This document shows, in pieces, positions 24,895 through 37,210 of a stretch of DNA of 64,000 bases. The stretch comes from Hemiscyllium ocellatum (Eukaryota). The translations under genes were made by a program, and so were the position numbers. The stretch spans positions 24,419,857-24,483,856 of the forward strand of contig NC_083407.1 in assembly GCF_020745735.1 (NCBI RefSeq). Reading direction: 5' to 3'. The notes under the pieces are model-generated. The model did not search any database. It worked only from the letters and a program-made list of their open reading frames with translations, and had not been told where the DNA came from. Position 1 is the stretch's first letter; each line of letters starts with the position of its first letter.

Positions 24895-25340
24895 ATAGTC
24901 ATAGGGATGCACAACATGGAAACAGATCCCTCAGCCCACCTCTTCTATGCTGATCAGATATCCTATATTAATCTAGTCCCATTTGCCAGCATTCAGCCTA
25001 AATCCCTCTAAACCCTTTCTTTTATGTATCCATCCCGATGCCTTTAAAATGTAATCATACCAGCCTCCACCACCACCTCTGGCAATTCATTTCAACACCC
25101 TCTGCATGAAAATGTTGCCCATTAGGTCTCTCTCAATTTTTTTCCCCTCTCACCTTTAAACCTACTCCCTCTAGTTTTGGATTCCCCAATCCAAAAGACC
25201 TTGACTATTTACCCTGTCCGTACCCCTCATGTTCCAGGGAAAACAGCCCCAGCCTATTCAGCCTCTGCCTATAGCTGAAAACCTCCAACCTGGCATTTTC
25301 CTTGTAAATCTTTACTGAACTCTTTCTCATTTCACAACAT
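24895..25340 (-). mobile_element. CR1-clade LINE 3' fragment
   Basis: Homologous to 2456-2930 and 55208-55853. Confidence 0.8.
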
Positions 25341-26464
25341 TCGGTGATTGGTTAGAGTATGGAATGCATTGGAAGTATAGTGGAAGCAGGTTCAATTGAG
25401 ATATTCAAGAGACTGCTAATGATTATTGGGATAGAAAAAAGTGTACACGGGTATGTGGAGAAAGCAAAAGATTGGCACTAAGAAATGAAACTTGTTTGGA
25501 GAGCTAGTGCAGGTATGATGGGCCATATGGCCTCCTCCTGCACAGAAACTAGGCAACCTGCTGTCTGTTGCCTCACCACTGCTTGACTAGCATTAGATCT
25601 GGTCCTTGTCTTAAGGAGTCAATGGCATATATCACATTCTTTCCAGCTGTCTGACCAGACAAGTTTCTGCCTATTGTCTGAAATAAAATAGAGCTACTAA
25701 AGGACACATTCTTCTTGATATAATCTTTATCTTGCATTCAATGAGAAAACCAACACGTGTATTTCGTGAGAGCAGAATACTGATTCGTTGGCAAATCATC
25801 TCTGATTGGTAGAGGTGTTGCCACGGAGAATGCATCCATTCATGAGGACTTGCAGTTAAATCTAGCAGTTAATTGTTAATTATCATAAATGAGTGCATTC
25901 TCCATAGCAATGTCTCTACATATCAGTCTACCTGCCAATTAATCAGCACTTTCCTCTCTTTTGTTTCATTCACTAGTGGGACATGCCAGCATTTATTACC
26001 TCCTTGTCCTGTTGTAGTCTATATGCTACAGGTTAATCCACATGCCATTAGAGAGAGAATTACAGAATTATGACCCAGTGACAGTGAAAGAACAGCAATA
26101 TATTTCCAAGTAAGAACAGTGAGTGGCTAGGAGAGGCACTTGCTGGTTGTAGTCTCCCCATGTATCTGCTGGCTTTGTCCTTCTAGATGGATCTGGTCAT
26201 GGGTTCAGAAGGTGTTCTATAATGATCATTGTTGAATTTTTGTAGTGTTTACTGTAGAGAGTACACACAACAGTCTAACTGTCGATCTTCATCTTGGATT
26301 GGCATTCATCAGGACAATTTTGTAAGAATGCAAGATGAAAAGTTTGACAAATATCTTATTTCAGGAATACTCAATTTCTGAGTCATCAAACAACTGTTTG
26401 AGATGATATATCTTGTTGGCAGGAAAACAACATTTGATAAATTTGTACACTTGATTTATTGCAG

Positions 26465-26569
26465 ATCAAATACAGAACTGATGGAAAGAAAAATTTTGAG
26501 AACTATACTGTGATCACAGATACACCAGTCTATGTGACAGCTGTTCAGAGTGGCCTTCAGTTAAGTGAT
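26465..26569 (+). CDS. NEB: NEB exon 18 (105 nt)
   Basis: ttgcag|IKYRTDGKKNFENYTVITDTPVYVTAVQSGLQLSD|gtaagt. Confidence 0.95.
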
Positions 26570-26833
26570 GTAAGTATTTGTCTGCTTTCACTCCAATAGC
26601 ATTAAATAGCTTGAGTTTAGTCTGCAGGTTCTTCATTTTCTGAGAGGTCTTTCCATGTATACTCCTGTGTGAGCTCTTCTGTCTTTTAAACTCCTTTATG
26701 TAGCAGGGCCTGGAGGTTATGGTTGGTCTGACTGGTAGATTAATGTATTTCATTTGCATTCCTCTCCCTGACATTTTAGCTCTGGTTAAAATAAAAGAGT
26801 TTAGATTAAACCTTCATTGACAAAGTCCTCTAG

Positions 26834-27140
26834 TTGAGAAGTGTGGTGCTGGAAAAACACAGCAGGCCAGGCAGAATCCGAGGAGCTTCTGAAGAAGGGC
26901 TTATGCCTGAAACGTTGATTCTCCTGCTCGGATGCTGTCTGGCCTGCTGTATTTTTCCAGCACCACACTTCTCAACTCTGGTCTCCAGCATCTGCAGTCC
27001 TCACTTTCTCCTAGTTGATTTTAACCTACTGTGAATCCTCTCGCAAGGATGCTTACCTTGAAGAAGCTCTCCTCCTCCCTCATTCTTGAAGAAGGGCTTG
27101 TGCCCGAAACGTCGATTCTCCTGCAGTCCTCACTTTCTCA
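26834..27140. mobile_element. PLE-terminus cluster with two hammerhead-derived motifs
   Basis: ctgaagaagggcttatgcctgaaacgtt and ttgaagaagggcttgtgcccgaaacgtc; partial inverted arms. Confidence 0.8.
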
Positions 27141-27477
27141 AAGGCCTCCAGGTGTTGTGCCCCAACTATATTGGGTTAGAAACTTTCAATCATCATGTTT
27201 GTTATTTGGGTGAAAAAGTAGAATGGCGCAGCAGTGCTGCTGCACAATCTTTCATGTCAAATTGGCCTCAAGAAACTGATGGCTGCAAAATTGGAAGAGG
27301 GTAATTTCCTCATGTCTGCTGGCTTCACTGAGAGAAATGTGAAAAACCCAGAACATTTATGCCACAGAAAGAGGTCATTCAGTCTATCATGTCTATGCCA
27401 ACCAAAAAAGAGTTATGAAGCCTTATCCCATTTTTCAGCTCCCTTTATGTTATGCAATTTAAGTGTGTATCCAAGTA

Positions 27478-27900
27478 CCATATATACTCGAGTAATCGTC
27501 AAATTCTTTGGACTACTTTTTAAGGTTAAATTTATGGGGTTGACTATTACATGGATGCTACTTTTGAGGGGCTGAATTTCATATCATATCATTAGCAGAA
27601 GCCCAGTTGATCTCTAAACAAATGAAGAAGAAAAAAAGTAAATTATGGTAATTCTGAAAACCCAGAGCAGAACAAAACAGCCAGCGGACTGGAAGACCGG
27701 GAATGGAGCGGAACAACCGGCAGACCGGAAAACTGGAGCGGGATGTGACGGCTGGCACACTGATTCAGAAACATTGATCTGCCATCTGTGAAGAACGAGA
27801 GTCAACTTTTACATGAGATATATGGAAAATTTTGGGTTATTTGACTAAAAATCAACTCCCTATTTTTGTATGAGATCGACTATTACTCTAGTCTATACGG
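27478..27900. mobile_element. Non-autonomous Tc1/mariner-superfamily DNA transposon (MITE)
   Basis: 23-bp imperfect TIRs ccatatatactcgagtaatcgtc / gactattactctagtctatacgg, with TA on both sides (27476-77, 27901-02). Confidence 0.8.
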
Positions 27901-28312
27901 TATATGATGAGGATTTTTGACTCTACCACCTATTCAGACCGATGCCTTACATATGTAAATTATGCTCACAGCATTTGGCTGAGGACCAACTCCCAATTTT
28001 GCATTAACTAAATCGAACTTGCCCTGTACACAACTGGTCCAGAACTATCATGACCTAATCAGCAGAACTTGAAGGAACTGTTGGAGTCTATTCACAAAAA
28101 GAGGGTGCAAACATTTTTATGTTTATGTTCTTTGAAGGCAAGAGGAGGAAGGCCTCTATCTGCAGTTTTGCATCCTTTGTTTCACCTGATGGATGGCAAT
28201 TATTGTCCTTTCTCTGTACTAATTTTTATTGGGAAGATTTCCATGTTTTAGGTCACAATATGTCAAGTTACGTAACCTACAACTAACAGGTGGATTGTTT
28301 TTGTTCTTGCAG

Positions 28313-28417
28313 GTTAGATACAAAGAGGAGTATGAGAAAAACAAGGACAAATACACAACTGTTTTAAACACAGTGGACTACAACAGGACCAATGACCTCA
28401 AAACTATGTTTAGCAGT
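28313..28417 (+). CDS. NEB: NEB exon 19 (105 nt)
   Basis: ttgcag|VRYKEEYEKNKDKYTTVLNTVDYNRTNDLKTMFSS|gtaagt. Confidence 0.95.
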
Positions 28418-29297
28418 GTAAGTTTTACAGCATGGATATTTTGAAAAAGTAGTAAATGGATTTTCTTTACAAGGGAATAAACCGATATATTTCAGAAATA
28501 CACATGGAGGTTCAGTGAATAAGTGCACTACATGATGATGCATTTAGCAAAATATTCTTTGGTCAGATGAGCTTGAGTGAATGGTAACCTGGTGTCAGAG
28601 TTCCGCTGAAGTTGCAATCTAAAATTAATTGCCATCTTTAGGCAAGTTGAGGAAGAAAGGAGAAGAAATGGAAAAATCTCTTTAACCTATCCTTAATATG
28701 TGAGATGATTGGAATTATATTATTGCTGTGTTAGTGATACCATTGCAAAAGTCTCTGTTAACAATAACTGCCAACTATATGAGATGGATATGAAGACATC
28801 TCCCAATGAAGACAAGTATGAAGACATGATTGTCCAATGCCCTTGTCTACTCATACATGTTACTATTGATGATATTTTAAACCTACTTACTTATCAAAAT
28901 TGTAAGGTGTTAGTCATCCCATCAGTTCACCTGTAGTCACTAGACATTCCTTTCCAATGTGCTCTTTCCAGTTTGTCACTCTTCCCTTCATAAGATTTGA
29001 TTGGGATAGTTTTTCAGATGGTAGTCAAAAACTTAAACTGCAGGACTGGGATGAGGCAGATAACTTAAAAAAAAAATCGGGTTTCTTTTGTAAAAGTAGT
29101 ATGAACTTTTCATGTATTTTGAGAAACTTGAGTCAAGGGCCAGAACACTCAGAATTAGACACATCCAAAGTGGGATATGGTAAAGAAAAAACAAAATATA
29201 CTAGGATGCAGCAATCAGATGATTCCAAACTTGCGATTTGCAAATTTGTAGATTAATGGAGAAAAGGAAATCAGAGAAAGGTGAAAAATCCCACAGG

Positions 29298-30303
29298 TTG
29301 AAGTTCCTGGAGGAGAACCAGTTACTAGCGGCGTACCGCAAGGGTCGGTGTTGGGTCCACTTCTGTTCGTTATTTTTATAAATGACCTGGATAGGGCTTA
29401 GAAGGGCGGGTTAATAAATTTTCGGACGACACGAAGGTCGGTGGAGTTGTGGATAATGACGAAAGATGTAGTAGGTTGCAGAGACACATAGATAGGATGC
29501 AGAGCTGGGCTGAGAGGTGGCAAATGGAGTTTAATGTGGGCAAGTGTGAGGTGATGCACTTTGGCCGGAGTAATCGGAATGCAAAGTACTGGGCTAATGG
29601 TAGGATTCTTGGGAGTGCAGATGAGCAGAGAGATCTCGTTGTCCATGTACACAGATCCCTGAAAGTTGCCACTCAGATTGACAGGGTTGTTAAGAAGGCA
29701 TACAGTGTTTTGGCCTTTATTAATAGAAGGATTGAGTTCCGGAACCAGGAAGTTATGCTGCAGCTGTACAAAGGTCTGGTACGGCCACACTTGGAGTATT
29801 GTATACAGTTCTGGTCACTGCATTATAAGAAGGAAGTAAAAGCTTTGGAAAGGGTGCAGAGGAGATTTACTAAGATGCTGCCTGGTATGGAAGGAATGTC
29901 TTACGAAGAAAGGCTGAGGGCCTTGAGGCTGTTTTCGTTAGAGAGAAGAAGGTTGAGAGGTGACTTTATAGAGACATACAAGATAATCAGAGGGTTAGAT
30001 AGGGTGGACAGGGAGAGCCTTTTTCCAAGTATGGGGACGGCAAACACGAGGGGACACAACTTTAAAGTGAGGGGAGATAGGTATAAGACAGATGTCAGAG
30101 GTAGTTTCTTTACTCAGAGTAATAAGGGTATGGAATGCTTTGCCTGCATCAGTAGTAGCAAGTTTAAGTGCATTTAAGTCGTCGTTGGACAGGCAAGTGG
30201 ATGTACATGGAATAGTGTAGGTGGGATGGGCTTCAGATTAGTATGACAGGGCGGCGCAACATCAAGGGCCGAAGGGCCTGTACTGCGCTGTAATGTTCTA
30301 TGT
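29298..30303 (+). mobile_element. Young 5'-truncated CR1-clade LINE (RT C-terminus and 3' UTR)
   Basis: 242-aa open frame 29449-30177 (WQMEFNVGKCEVMHFG...RPHLEYC...ERRRLRGD); preceding [16 protein letters not shown] motifs. Confidence 0.95.
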
Positions 30304-30755
30304 ACTAATTAGAAGGGAAAGGTTTCAATGCAGCGAGGAGTAGGATGGATTAGAAATGTGTAAGGATGACAAATTTTATGCAACAGCTCATTAACTTTGA
30401 TAAAATAATGCTGTTATGCTCTTGTATTTCATGGCATCATCCAAGACTTTGGTGTATGATTGTGTCTTTTCTTGGGCAGTCAAGTGACGTGCTCCCCATC
30501 TCTCGTCATTTATTTAATTGACTGTTCGTGTTTGCATCTTTGTGGTATCAAACACATCAACATTCTGGAACAATGTGCAATGTTTGTCCTAGTAACATGC
30601 ATTCTTGCCAACTTGTTGAATTGCTTATCTGTTTTAGTATATATGTTAACTTGAATCACCATCATTGTTTTATATGCTGTTTCTGACAATGTTGTTTAAT
30701 GTTAAAACAATGCTTCTTCGATTTCTACATAATCAGCCATGTATTGTTTCTCTAG

Positions 30756-30863
30756 AATGCTTATAAACTGGCCTGGGATAAGGTGAAAGCAACAAGTTAT
30801 ACAATGCCAGGAGATGCGTTTTCGATAGCTCTGGCCAAGAATCAGAAAGACATTCTTAGTCCA
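30756..30863 (+). CDS. NEB: NEB exon 20 (108 nt)
   Basis: ctctag|NAYKLAWDKVKATSYTMPGDAFSIALAKNQKDILSP|gtaagt. Confidence 0.95.
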
Positions 30864-31015
30864 GTAAGTAGAAAATTGTCATCAAATGTAATTAAGGCCA
30901 AGTTGCTGAGGGTACATCCCTACCTTCCCTGGCAGTGGCAAGAAGAATGATTTTTTGCAATTTGTTTTTTTCCTCTCATGCAAGTTTATCAAACTGTGTG
31001 CACTCAATCTTTCAG

Positions 31016-31129
31016 ATAAAGTATCGTGAAGAGTATGAGAAGTTCAAGGCTCTCTACACATTGCCACGTTCTGTGGAGGATGACCCACATACCATGCAAT
31101 GTCTTAAAGCTGGCAAGTTGAACCTTGAT
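31016..31129 (+). CDS. NEB: NEB exon 21 (114 nt)
   Basis: tttcag|IKYREEYEKFKALYTLPRSVEDDPHTMQCLKAGKLNLD|gtaagt. Confidence 0.96.
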
Positions 31130-31724
31130 GTAAGTAGTGCTCAAGTTGGACCATGAATCTCAAGTGCGTAGGCCTAAATAATTTACAACCCTCCCTAATT
31201 ACCACTGCACTTCATTCTGTGGCCACTGTAACTCTGTTACAGCCAAAGTATCCTCAGGTATTCCAAGAATTGAGTTGATCGGAGCACGTTTTTAAGAAAC
31301 AACAGGAAGAATGATTTTGATCTGGGGGTAGGGGTTAAATTCTCCCCAGTGGTCTGTTATTAAACCAGAAACGTTTGATAATTACAGACAGATCAAGTAT
31401 CACCCAGGGTGCAGTATACTCGCGCTTCATGCAAAGTCCTGTATAAATCATAAGGAACCGCCTCAATTAATTATTTTGCATTGACTTGTTTAAACTTGTA
31501 TATTTTTTTCTATTCTTACAATATTAAACGTATTCTTTGCCAAACGTTTGTACATTTTACAAATACCAGTTGTCTACTTTGTATCAGGCCATGACAGTAG
31601 GAGAATCATTGTTGAGCCTTATTCTTTTTGCTGAATTTTATTTGTTGCTATTTCATTTAATGAGAGTTGACTATTGGGGTGAAAATTCGCTGGGATTAAT
31701 CTACTTGGCCTGTGCTTTGTGCAG

Positions 31725-31922
31725 CGTTTGTACAGACAAAATTACGAAAATAACAAAATGAAGGTGCACATCATGCCTGACATGCTGGAAGTGGTTACTG
31801 CCAAAGACACCCAAGGCAAAGTCAGCTACATTGACTATCGCAAGTATCTCCACGAATGGACATGCCTGCCAGATCTGCAGATTAACATACATGCCAAGAA
31901 GGTCTGCGAGCAACTGAGTGAT
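31725..31922 (+). CDS. NEB: NEB exon 22 (198 nt, two repeats)
   Basis: gtgcag|RLYRQNYENNKMKVHIMPD...[24 protein letters not shown]|gtaagt. Confidence 0.96.
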
Positions 31923-31975
31923 GTAAGTGTTAGTTTTCGTTTCATATTAATTTTAGACCAAATAGGCAGTTGTAG

Positions 31976-32137
31976 GAGCTGAAAATGTGTTGCTGGAAAA
32001 GGGCAGCAGGTCAGGCAGCATCCAAGGAGCAGGAGAATCGACGTTTCAGGCATAAGCCCTTCAAATGACCTGCTGCACTTTTCCAACAACACATTTTCAG
32101 CTCTGATCTCCAGCATCTGCAGTCCTCACTTTCTCCT
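31976..32137. mobile_element. Palindromic PLE-terminus element with central deletion
   Basis: Same family as 38999-39211; agttgtag direct repeat at 31968-31975 and 32138-32145. Confidence 0.85.
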
Positions 32138-32649
32138 AGTTGTAGTAGCTGTCCAGTACTGAAGTACAAAGATTCAATGAAAATGGAATCATGAGAGAAT
32201 GAAAGACATCTCACTGGAATCTTGGCAAAACATATTGGGAAGCAGATTCAGTAGCAACATTTGAATGGAAAACATAAATTGGATGTGCACTTTTATAGGT
32301 ACATAATTGTAGGAAGTTCTGGAGCAATGCGGGGAGAGCAGCGGGATGGCTAGCTCTCCCAAATTGCTATCACAGGCACCAAACGTCCACCTTCTATGCA
32401 ATTTCCTGGTTCAATGGATAAAGGCAATGTACCATCAACTACTGATCCATAAAGTCATGGTACATATCGGTATCAATGACATCCGTAGGGAAAGAGAGGA
32501 GGACAAAGAGAAAATAGGGAGTTAGATTGGAAGCTAGAAGGTAGGATAAGCAGAGTAGTATCAGAATGAATATGACCCTACTGTTTGTACAGTTTGCTAC
32601 ATGGGCATGTAGAAAACCACAAAGCACACTCAATGAAGCTTACTAAATA

Positions 32650-32980
32650 CTGAGAGGTCTGGATAGAGTGGATGAGGAGAAAATATTTCCACTAGTAAGA
32701 GAGACTAGGACCTGAGAGCACAGCCTCAGAGTGAAGGGATGAATCTTCAGAACTGAGATGAGGAGGAGTTTCTTCAGCTAGTGGGTGGTGAGTCTGTGGA
32801 ACCCATTGCCTTAGAAGGCTGTGGAGACCAAATCATGTATTATATTTAATACAGAGATAGCTAGGTTCTTGATGAATAAGTATAGAAGGCAGGAGAATGG
32901 GTTGAGAATAATGTCAAGCATGACTGAATGGTGGGCTGAATGAACTAATTCTGCTACTATCTCGCATGGTATTATGGTCT
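32650..32980 (+). mobile_element. CR1-clade LINE 3' fragment
   Basis: LRGLDRVDEEKIFP...TEMRRSFFS-like coding and tail. Confidence 0.75.
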
Positions 32981-33274
32981 TATGCTGGAAGCAAGCAATT
33001 ACATCAGCATCTAAGATTAAGCAATCTTTGGAGATGCTAAGAAGAAGGCCTAATAAATTTCATGCTCTTTATATAGTGGTCTCTATCAATTCCTATCAAT
33101 GTGATAATTAGACTGCTTCCTACTTGTTGGAAAGGCTGAAGGTTAGAAATTACAGTTGAAGTTCCCTTCTCTTGTATTTCTACTGCCATTTTCCTATCTT
33201 TTGGTCAGATTTGAGTTAGATGACAGATAACAAGCATCACAGTGCTAATTATGTTTTTCGTTCTATCTTTTCAG

Positions 33275-33379
33275 GTTCTGTACAAAGATGATCTCAACTG
33301 GCTTAAAGGAATTGGTTGCAATGTCTGGGACACTCCTCAGATACTTCATGCTAAGAAATCCTATGATCTCCAAAGTGCT
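33275..33379 (+). CDS. NEB: NEB exon 23 (105 nt, super-repeat start)
   Basis: tttcag|VLYKDDLNWLKGIGCNVWDTPQILHAKKSYDLQSA|gtatgt. Confidence 0.96.
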
Positions 33380-33504
33380 GTATGTTGGAGGGATTTGTCA
33401 CTGCAATGTGTTATTGGCATTGATTCTCTCTTTCCTTCTTGTTACTTGCCTTTTAACTGCCACTGATCATTTAATTTCTTTTCCACTTTTATTTATCTCC
33501 GCAG

Positions 33505-33609
33505 ATTCAATACAAGGCGAAGGCTGAGGCATCAAGGGACCAGTTCACGCCAGTCATGGATACTCCCACTTACCGGCAGTCTGTCACCAACGCTAAACAG
33601 TTGAGTGAT
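33505..33609 (+). CDS. NEB: NEB exon 24 (105 nt)
   Basis: ccgcag|IQYKAKAEASRDQFTPVMDTPTYRQSVTNAKQLSD|gtaagt. Confidence 0.95.
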
Positions 33610-33767
33610 GTAAGTATTTTTTGAGCCAATTTATAAAAAGAGACGTTAATAACATAGACTTAGAAATCTACTATCAGCTACAGGTTAAAACCGAATGATA
33701 AATTCTAGATAGTGCCGCTTCCATACAAAACAGGTACTGTTTTATTACACTTTAATAATAAGTGTAT

Positions 33768-34070
33768 GGGCAGCATGGTGGCTCAGTGGTTAGCACTGCT
33801 GCCTCACAGCATCATGGACCCGGGTTCAGTTCCTGCCTTGGGCAAATGTCTGTGTGGAGTTTGCACATTCTCCCCGTGTCTGCGTGGGTTTGCTCCGATT
33901 TCCTCCCACAGTCCAAAGATGTGCAAGTTAGGTGAATTGGCCATGTTAAATTGCCCATGGTGTTTGGTGTAGGGGAATGGGTCTGGGTGGGTTGCTCTTC
34001 AGAGGGTCAGTGTGGACTTGTTGGGCCGAAGGGCCTGTTTCCATACTGTAGGGAATCTAATCTCATCTAA
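33768..34070 (+). mobile_element. tRNA-derived SINE (HE1/V-SINE-like)
   Basis: gggcagcatggtggctcagtggttagcactgctgcctcacagc; (aatct)n tail. Confidence 0.9.
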
Positions 34071-34331
34071 TAAAATGTCATCAAAGCTCAACCTGATCTG
34101 TCATATGTTTTCTGACTTTTGAATATTTACATATATGTCTATTTACATTGTGTATTCATATTAGAAGATATATACTTTTACAGATACACATTGTACTGAC
34201 ATAAAAGCATTTCAAGAGAGATATATATGTACGCTTGATGTGTAATTCAATTATTTTGCTTTCAATATTTTGAGAATATAGTATGTTTGAAAGTGAAATA
34301 TTCTATTTATTCTCTTCCTTCTGTTTTTCAG

Positions 34332-34439
34332 TTTGTGTATCACAATGCTTATGTGACAAATATTAGAGGTACAGTTGCTCCAACCACAAAGACTGTGGAT
34401 CTGGATAGAGCTAGGCATGCCTATAAGTTACAGAGTGAG
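34332..34439 (+). CDS. NEB: NEB exon 25 (108 nt)
   Basis: tttcag|FVYHNAYVTNIRGTVAPTTKTVDLDRARHAYKLQSE|gtaagt. Confidence 0.95.
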
Positions 34440-34519
34440 GTAAGTGTGCGTCTAGATTTTTAAAATAAATTGCGAGAAGCCTCTCCAACTAACTGGACTT
34501 TGTAACATTCCTTTTGTAG

Positions 34520-34627
34520 AATCTTTATCGTGATACAGGCCGAAGCCTTCTCCCCACTGGATATACCATTCCGGCAGATATCCCATTCTTAAAGCATGCC
34601 AGAAATGTTGACCATAACCGCAGCGAT
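34520..34627 (+). CDS. NEB: NEB exon 26 (108 nt)
   Basis: ttgtag|NLYRDTGRSLLPTGYTIPADIPFLKHARNVDHNRSD|gtaagt. Confidence 0.95.
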
Positions 34628-34869
34628 GTAAGTATTACCCTGAAACCCACTTTTGAATCTCTCGAATCAGATTTCCACACTTGCTGCTGCACTAAATGAA
34701 CTGTTCGCGAAGTTACAAATCATGTTCTGTCTTCAGGTCTCTCCAGGTCTTCAGCCTTTGACATGGTTCTCAATGCTGTTTTTATCCAATGCTTCTCCAC
34801 TGCTATCAGGCAGGCAGGACTGAGGTCACATAATTCCATTCTTATTTATGAAACTTCAGTCAATCACTG

Positions 34870-35690
34870 GATCTCCAGGACCTATCCTTGGCCATCCTAC
34901 TATTTCTCATCTACATGCTGCCCTCCAGCTACATCATTCAAAGATGCAGAGTTCATTTTTCCATGTACCGCACTTTGCTCTCTCTCACCACCATCTCTCT
35001 CAATTCCTCCACTGTTAGTAAATTATTCAACTGTTTATCTCTCATTCAGTACTGGATGAACAGAAATTTTCTCCAATTAAATAATGAAAAGGCTGAAGCC
35101 AATGTTTTCAGTCAGTACTCCAGAATTTCATTCCCCAGTCACCATCACCATCCTGGTCTCTAGCAATGGTTTAATATTCAGCCAGTCTACTTTCTTTGTG
35201 TTAATTTTGATCTCAAGTCAGATTTTCACCATTAATAAGATCACTTATTTCCATTTCAGAACATCAGCTCTTAACTCATCAGCTACTCTTTCATGCCTTT
35301 GTTTCCTCTAGGCCTGACCATTTCAAAACACTCTTGGTTGGTCTCCTATATTCTATCCTTCATAAAGTTTCAAAACTCTGCTGCCTGTAACTTAACACAG
35401 CAAGTGTTGCTCCTTTATCCCTGTACTCGCAACATACATTGGCTCCATCAGGATTTAAAAATCCCAATTCTTGTTTTCATGTCTATGACTTTGCCCCTTT
35501 CTGTTTCTGGGGTCTCTTCCCAGATTTCTGTGCTTCACCAATACTGAGTGTGCATCTCCAATTTCAATTGCAACTCCACTACTGGTCATGCTTTTAATTA
35601 CCTAGGCCGCAACTCACCCTTCAGCTCTCTGTCTCTTGAAGACACTCCTTAACTATTTCTGTAACCAAGTTTTTGGCCATTTAACCTAAT
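34870..35690 (+). mobile_element. Old L2-clade LINE fragment
   Basis: FLIYMLP...WMNRNFLQLNNEKAE-like coding; a related minus-strand copy surrounds the SINE at ~10330-11200. Confidence 0.7.
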
Positions 35691-35808
35691 ATTGAAATGA
35701 CACCCATAGCATGAATTGTTGATAATAACCCAGATAATATTAGGGTCTGAGAACGACTTCTCAGTGACATACGCCCCCACCAGAGATACAAAGTCAGGTT
35801 TCTGAAAT

Positions 35809-35950
35809 TCAATTTCAGATTCCTGAAGAAGGGCTTATGCCCGAAACGTCGAATCTCCTGTTCCTTGGATGCTGCCTGACCTGCTGCGCTTTTCCAGCAA
35901 CACATTTTCAGCTCTGATCTCCAGCATCTGCAGACCTCCCTTTCACCCCA
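35809..35950 (+). mobile_element. Single-arm PLE-terminus element, TSD-flanked
   Basis: 11-bp direct repeat gtttctgaaat at 35798-35808 and 35951-35961; near-identical to the right arm of 38999-39211. Confidence 0.88.
35817..35856 (+). ncRNA. Minimal type I hammerhead ribozyme motif (fully paired, intact core)
   Basis: agattc-CTGAAGA-a-gggc(ttat)gccc-GAAA-cg-TC-gaatct: 6-bp stem I, 4-bp stem II, palindromic ACGT stem III, GUC site. Confidence 0.78.
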
Positions 35951-36236
35951 GTTTCTGAAATGGCCAAACAGAAGATTGTGTGAGATTATATAAATTATAA
36001 CATAGATAGAAACTTATGAATGAACTCAATAAGCAATTCAAGTATAATTGGAATGTTAAACTGTTTCAAAAAAAAGAGAAAATATAACTTTATTTCAAGG
36101 GCAGAATCCTGGTTCACATAACGGATAATGTGACAATAAAACATATCAACTACAGTGTCCAGCAAGTCTTAAAACTATCAACTATGGTATCTATCAATTC
36201 TTAAAGTAACATTTACTTTAATTGCCTCAGTGTAAT

Positions 36237-37210
36237 TGTCATTTACATAAATGATTTGGATGCGAGCATAAGAGGTACAGTTAGTATGTTTGCAGATGAC
36301 ATCAAAATTGGAGGTGTGGTGGACAGCAAGAGGGTTACCTCAGATTACAACAGGATCTGGACCAGATGGGCCACTAGGCTGAGGAGTGGCAGATGGAGCT
36401 TAATTCAGATAAATGCGAGGTGCTGCATTTTGGTAAAGCAAATCTTAGCAGGACTTATACACTTAATGGTAAGGTCCAAGGGAGTGTTGTTGAACAAAGA
36501 GACCTTGGATTGCAGGTTCATAGCTCCTTGAAAGTGGAGTCGCAGGTAGATAGGGTAGTGAAGAAGGCGTTTGGTATGCTTTCCTTTATTGGTCAGAGTA
36601 TTGAGTACAGGAGTTGGGAGGTCATGTTGCGGCTGTACAGGACATTGGTTAGGCCATGGTTGGAAATATTGCATGCAATTCTGGTCTCCTTCCTATAGGA
36701 AAGATGTTGTGAAACATGAAAGGGTTCAGAAAAGATTTACAAGGATGTTGCCAGGGTTGGAGGATCTGAGATACAGGGAGAGGCTGAACAGGCTGGGGCT
36801 GTTTTCCCTAGAGCTTCGGAGGCTGAGGGGTGACCTTATAGAGGTTTACAAAATTATGAGGGACATGCATAGGATAAATAGACAAAGTCTTTTCCCTGGG
36901 TTCGGGGAGTCCAGAACTAGAGGGCATAGGTTTAGGGTGAGAGGGGAAAGATATAAAAGAGAATTAAGGAGCAACTTTTTCATGCAGAGGGTGGTACATG
37001 TATGGAGTGAGCTGCCAGAGGATGTGGTGGAGGTTGATACAATTGCAACATTTAAGAGGTATGAGTATATGAATAGGAAGGGTTTGGAGGGATAAGGGCC
37101 GGGTGCTGGCAGGTGGGACTAGATTGGGTTGGGATATCTGGTTGGCATGGACGGGTTGGACTGAAGGGTTTGTTTCCATGTTGTACATCTCTATGACTCC
37201 ATGACTCTAA
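36237..37210 (+). mobile_element. 5'-truncated CR1-clade LINE
   Basis: MFADDIKIGG, KCEVLHFG, RRLRGDLIEVYK peptides over three frames; (ctatgact)n-type tail. Confidence 0.95.

Noticed and set aside
23768-26350. Additional ctgatgaatgc... motifs (~23770 plus, ~26300 minus) as a fourth hammerhead family
   Set aside because: Too degenerate here (GAAA and stems not recoverable) to support without a family consensus
29449-30177. 242-aa ORF (and 51535-52179, 36571-37095) as independent genes
   Set aside because: 5'-truncated LINE ORF2 remnants lacking most RT motifs or frameshifted
33768-33845. tRNA genes at SINE heads
   Set aside because: A/B-box-like motifs only, no complete cloverleaf; always fused to SINE core and tail
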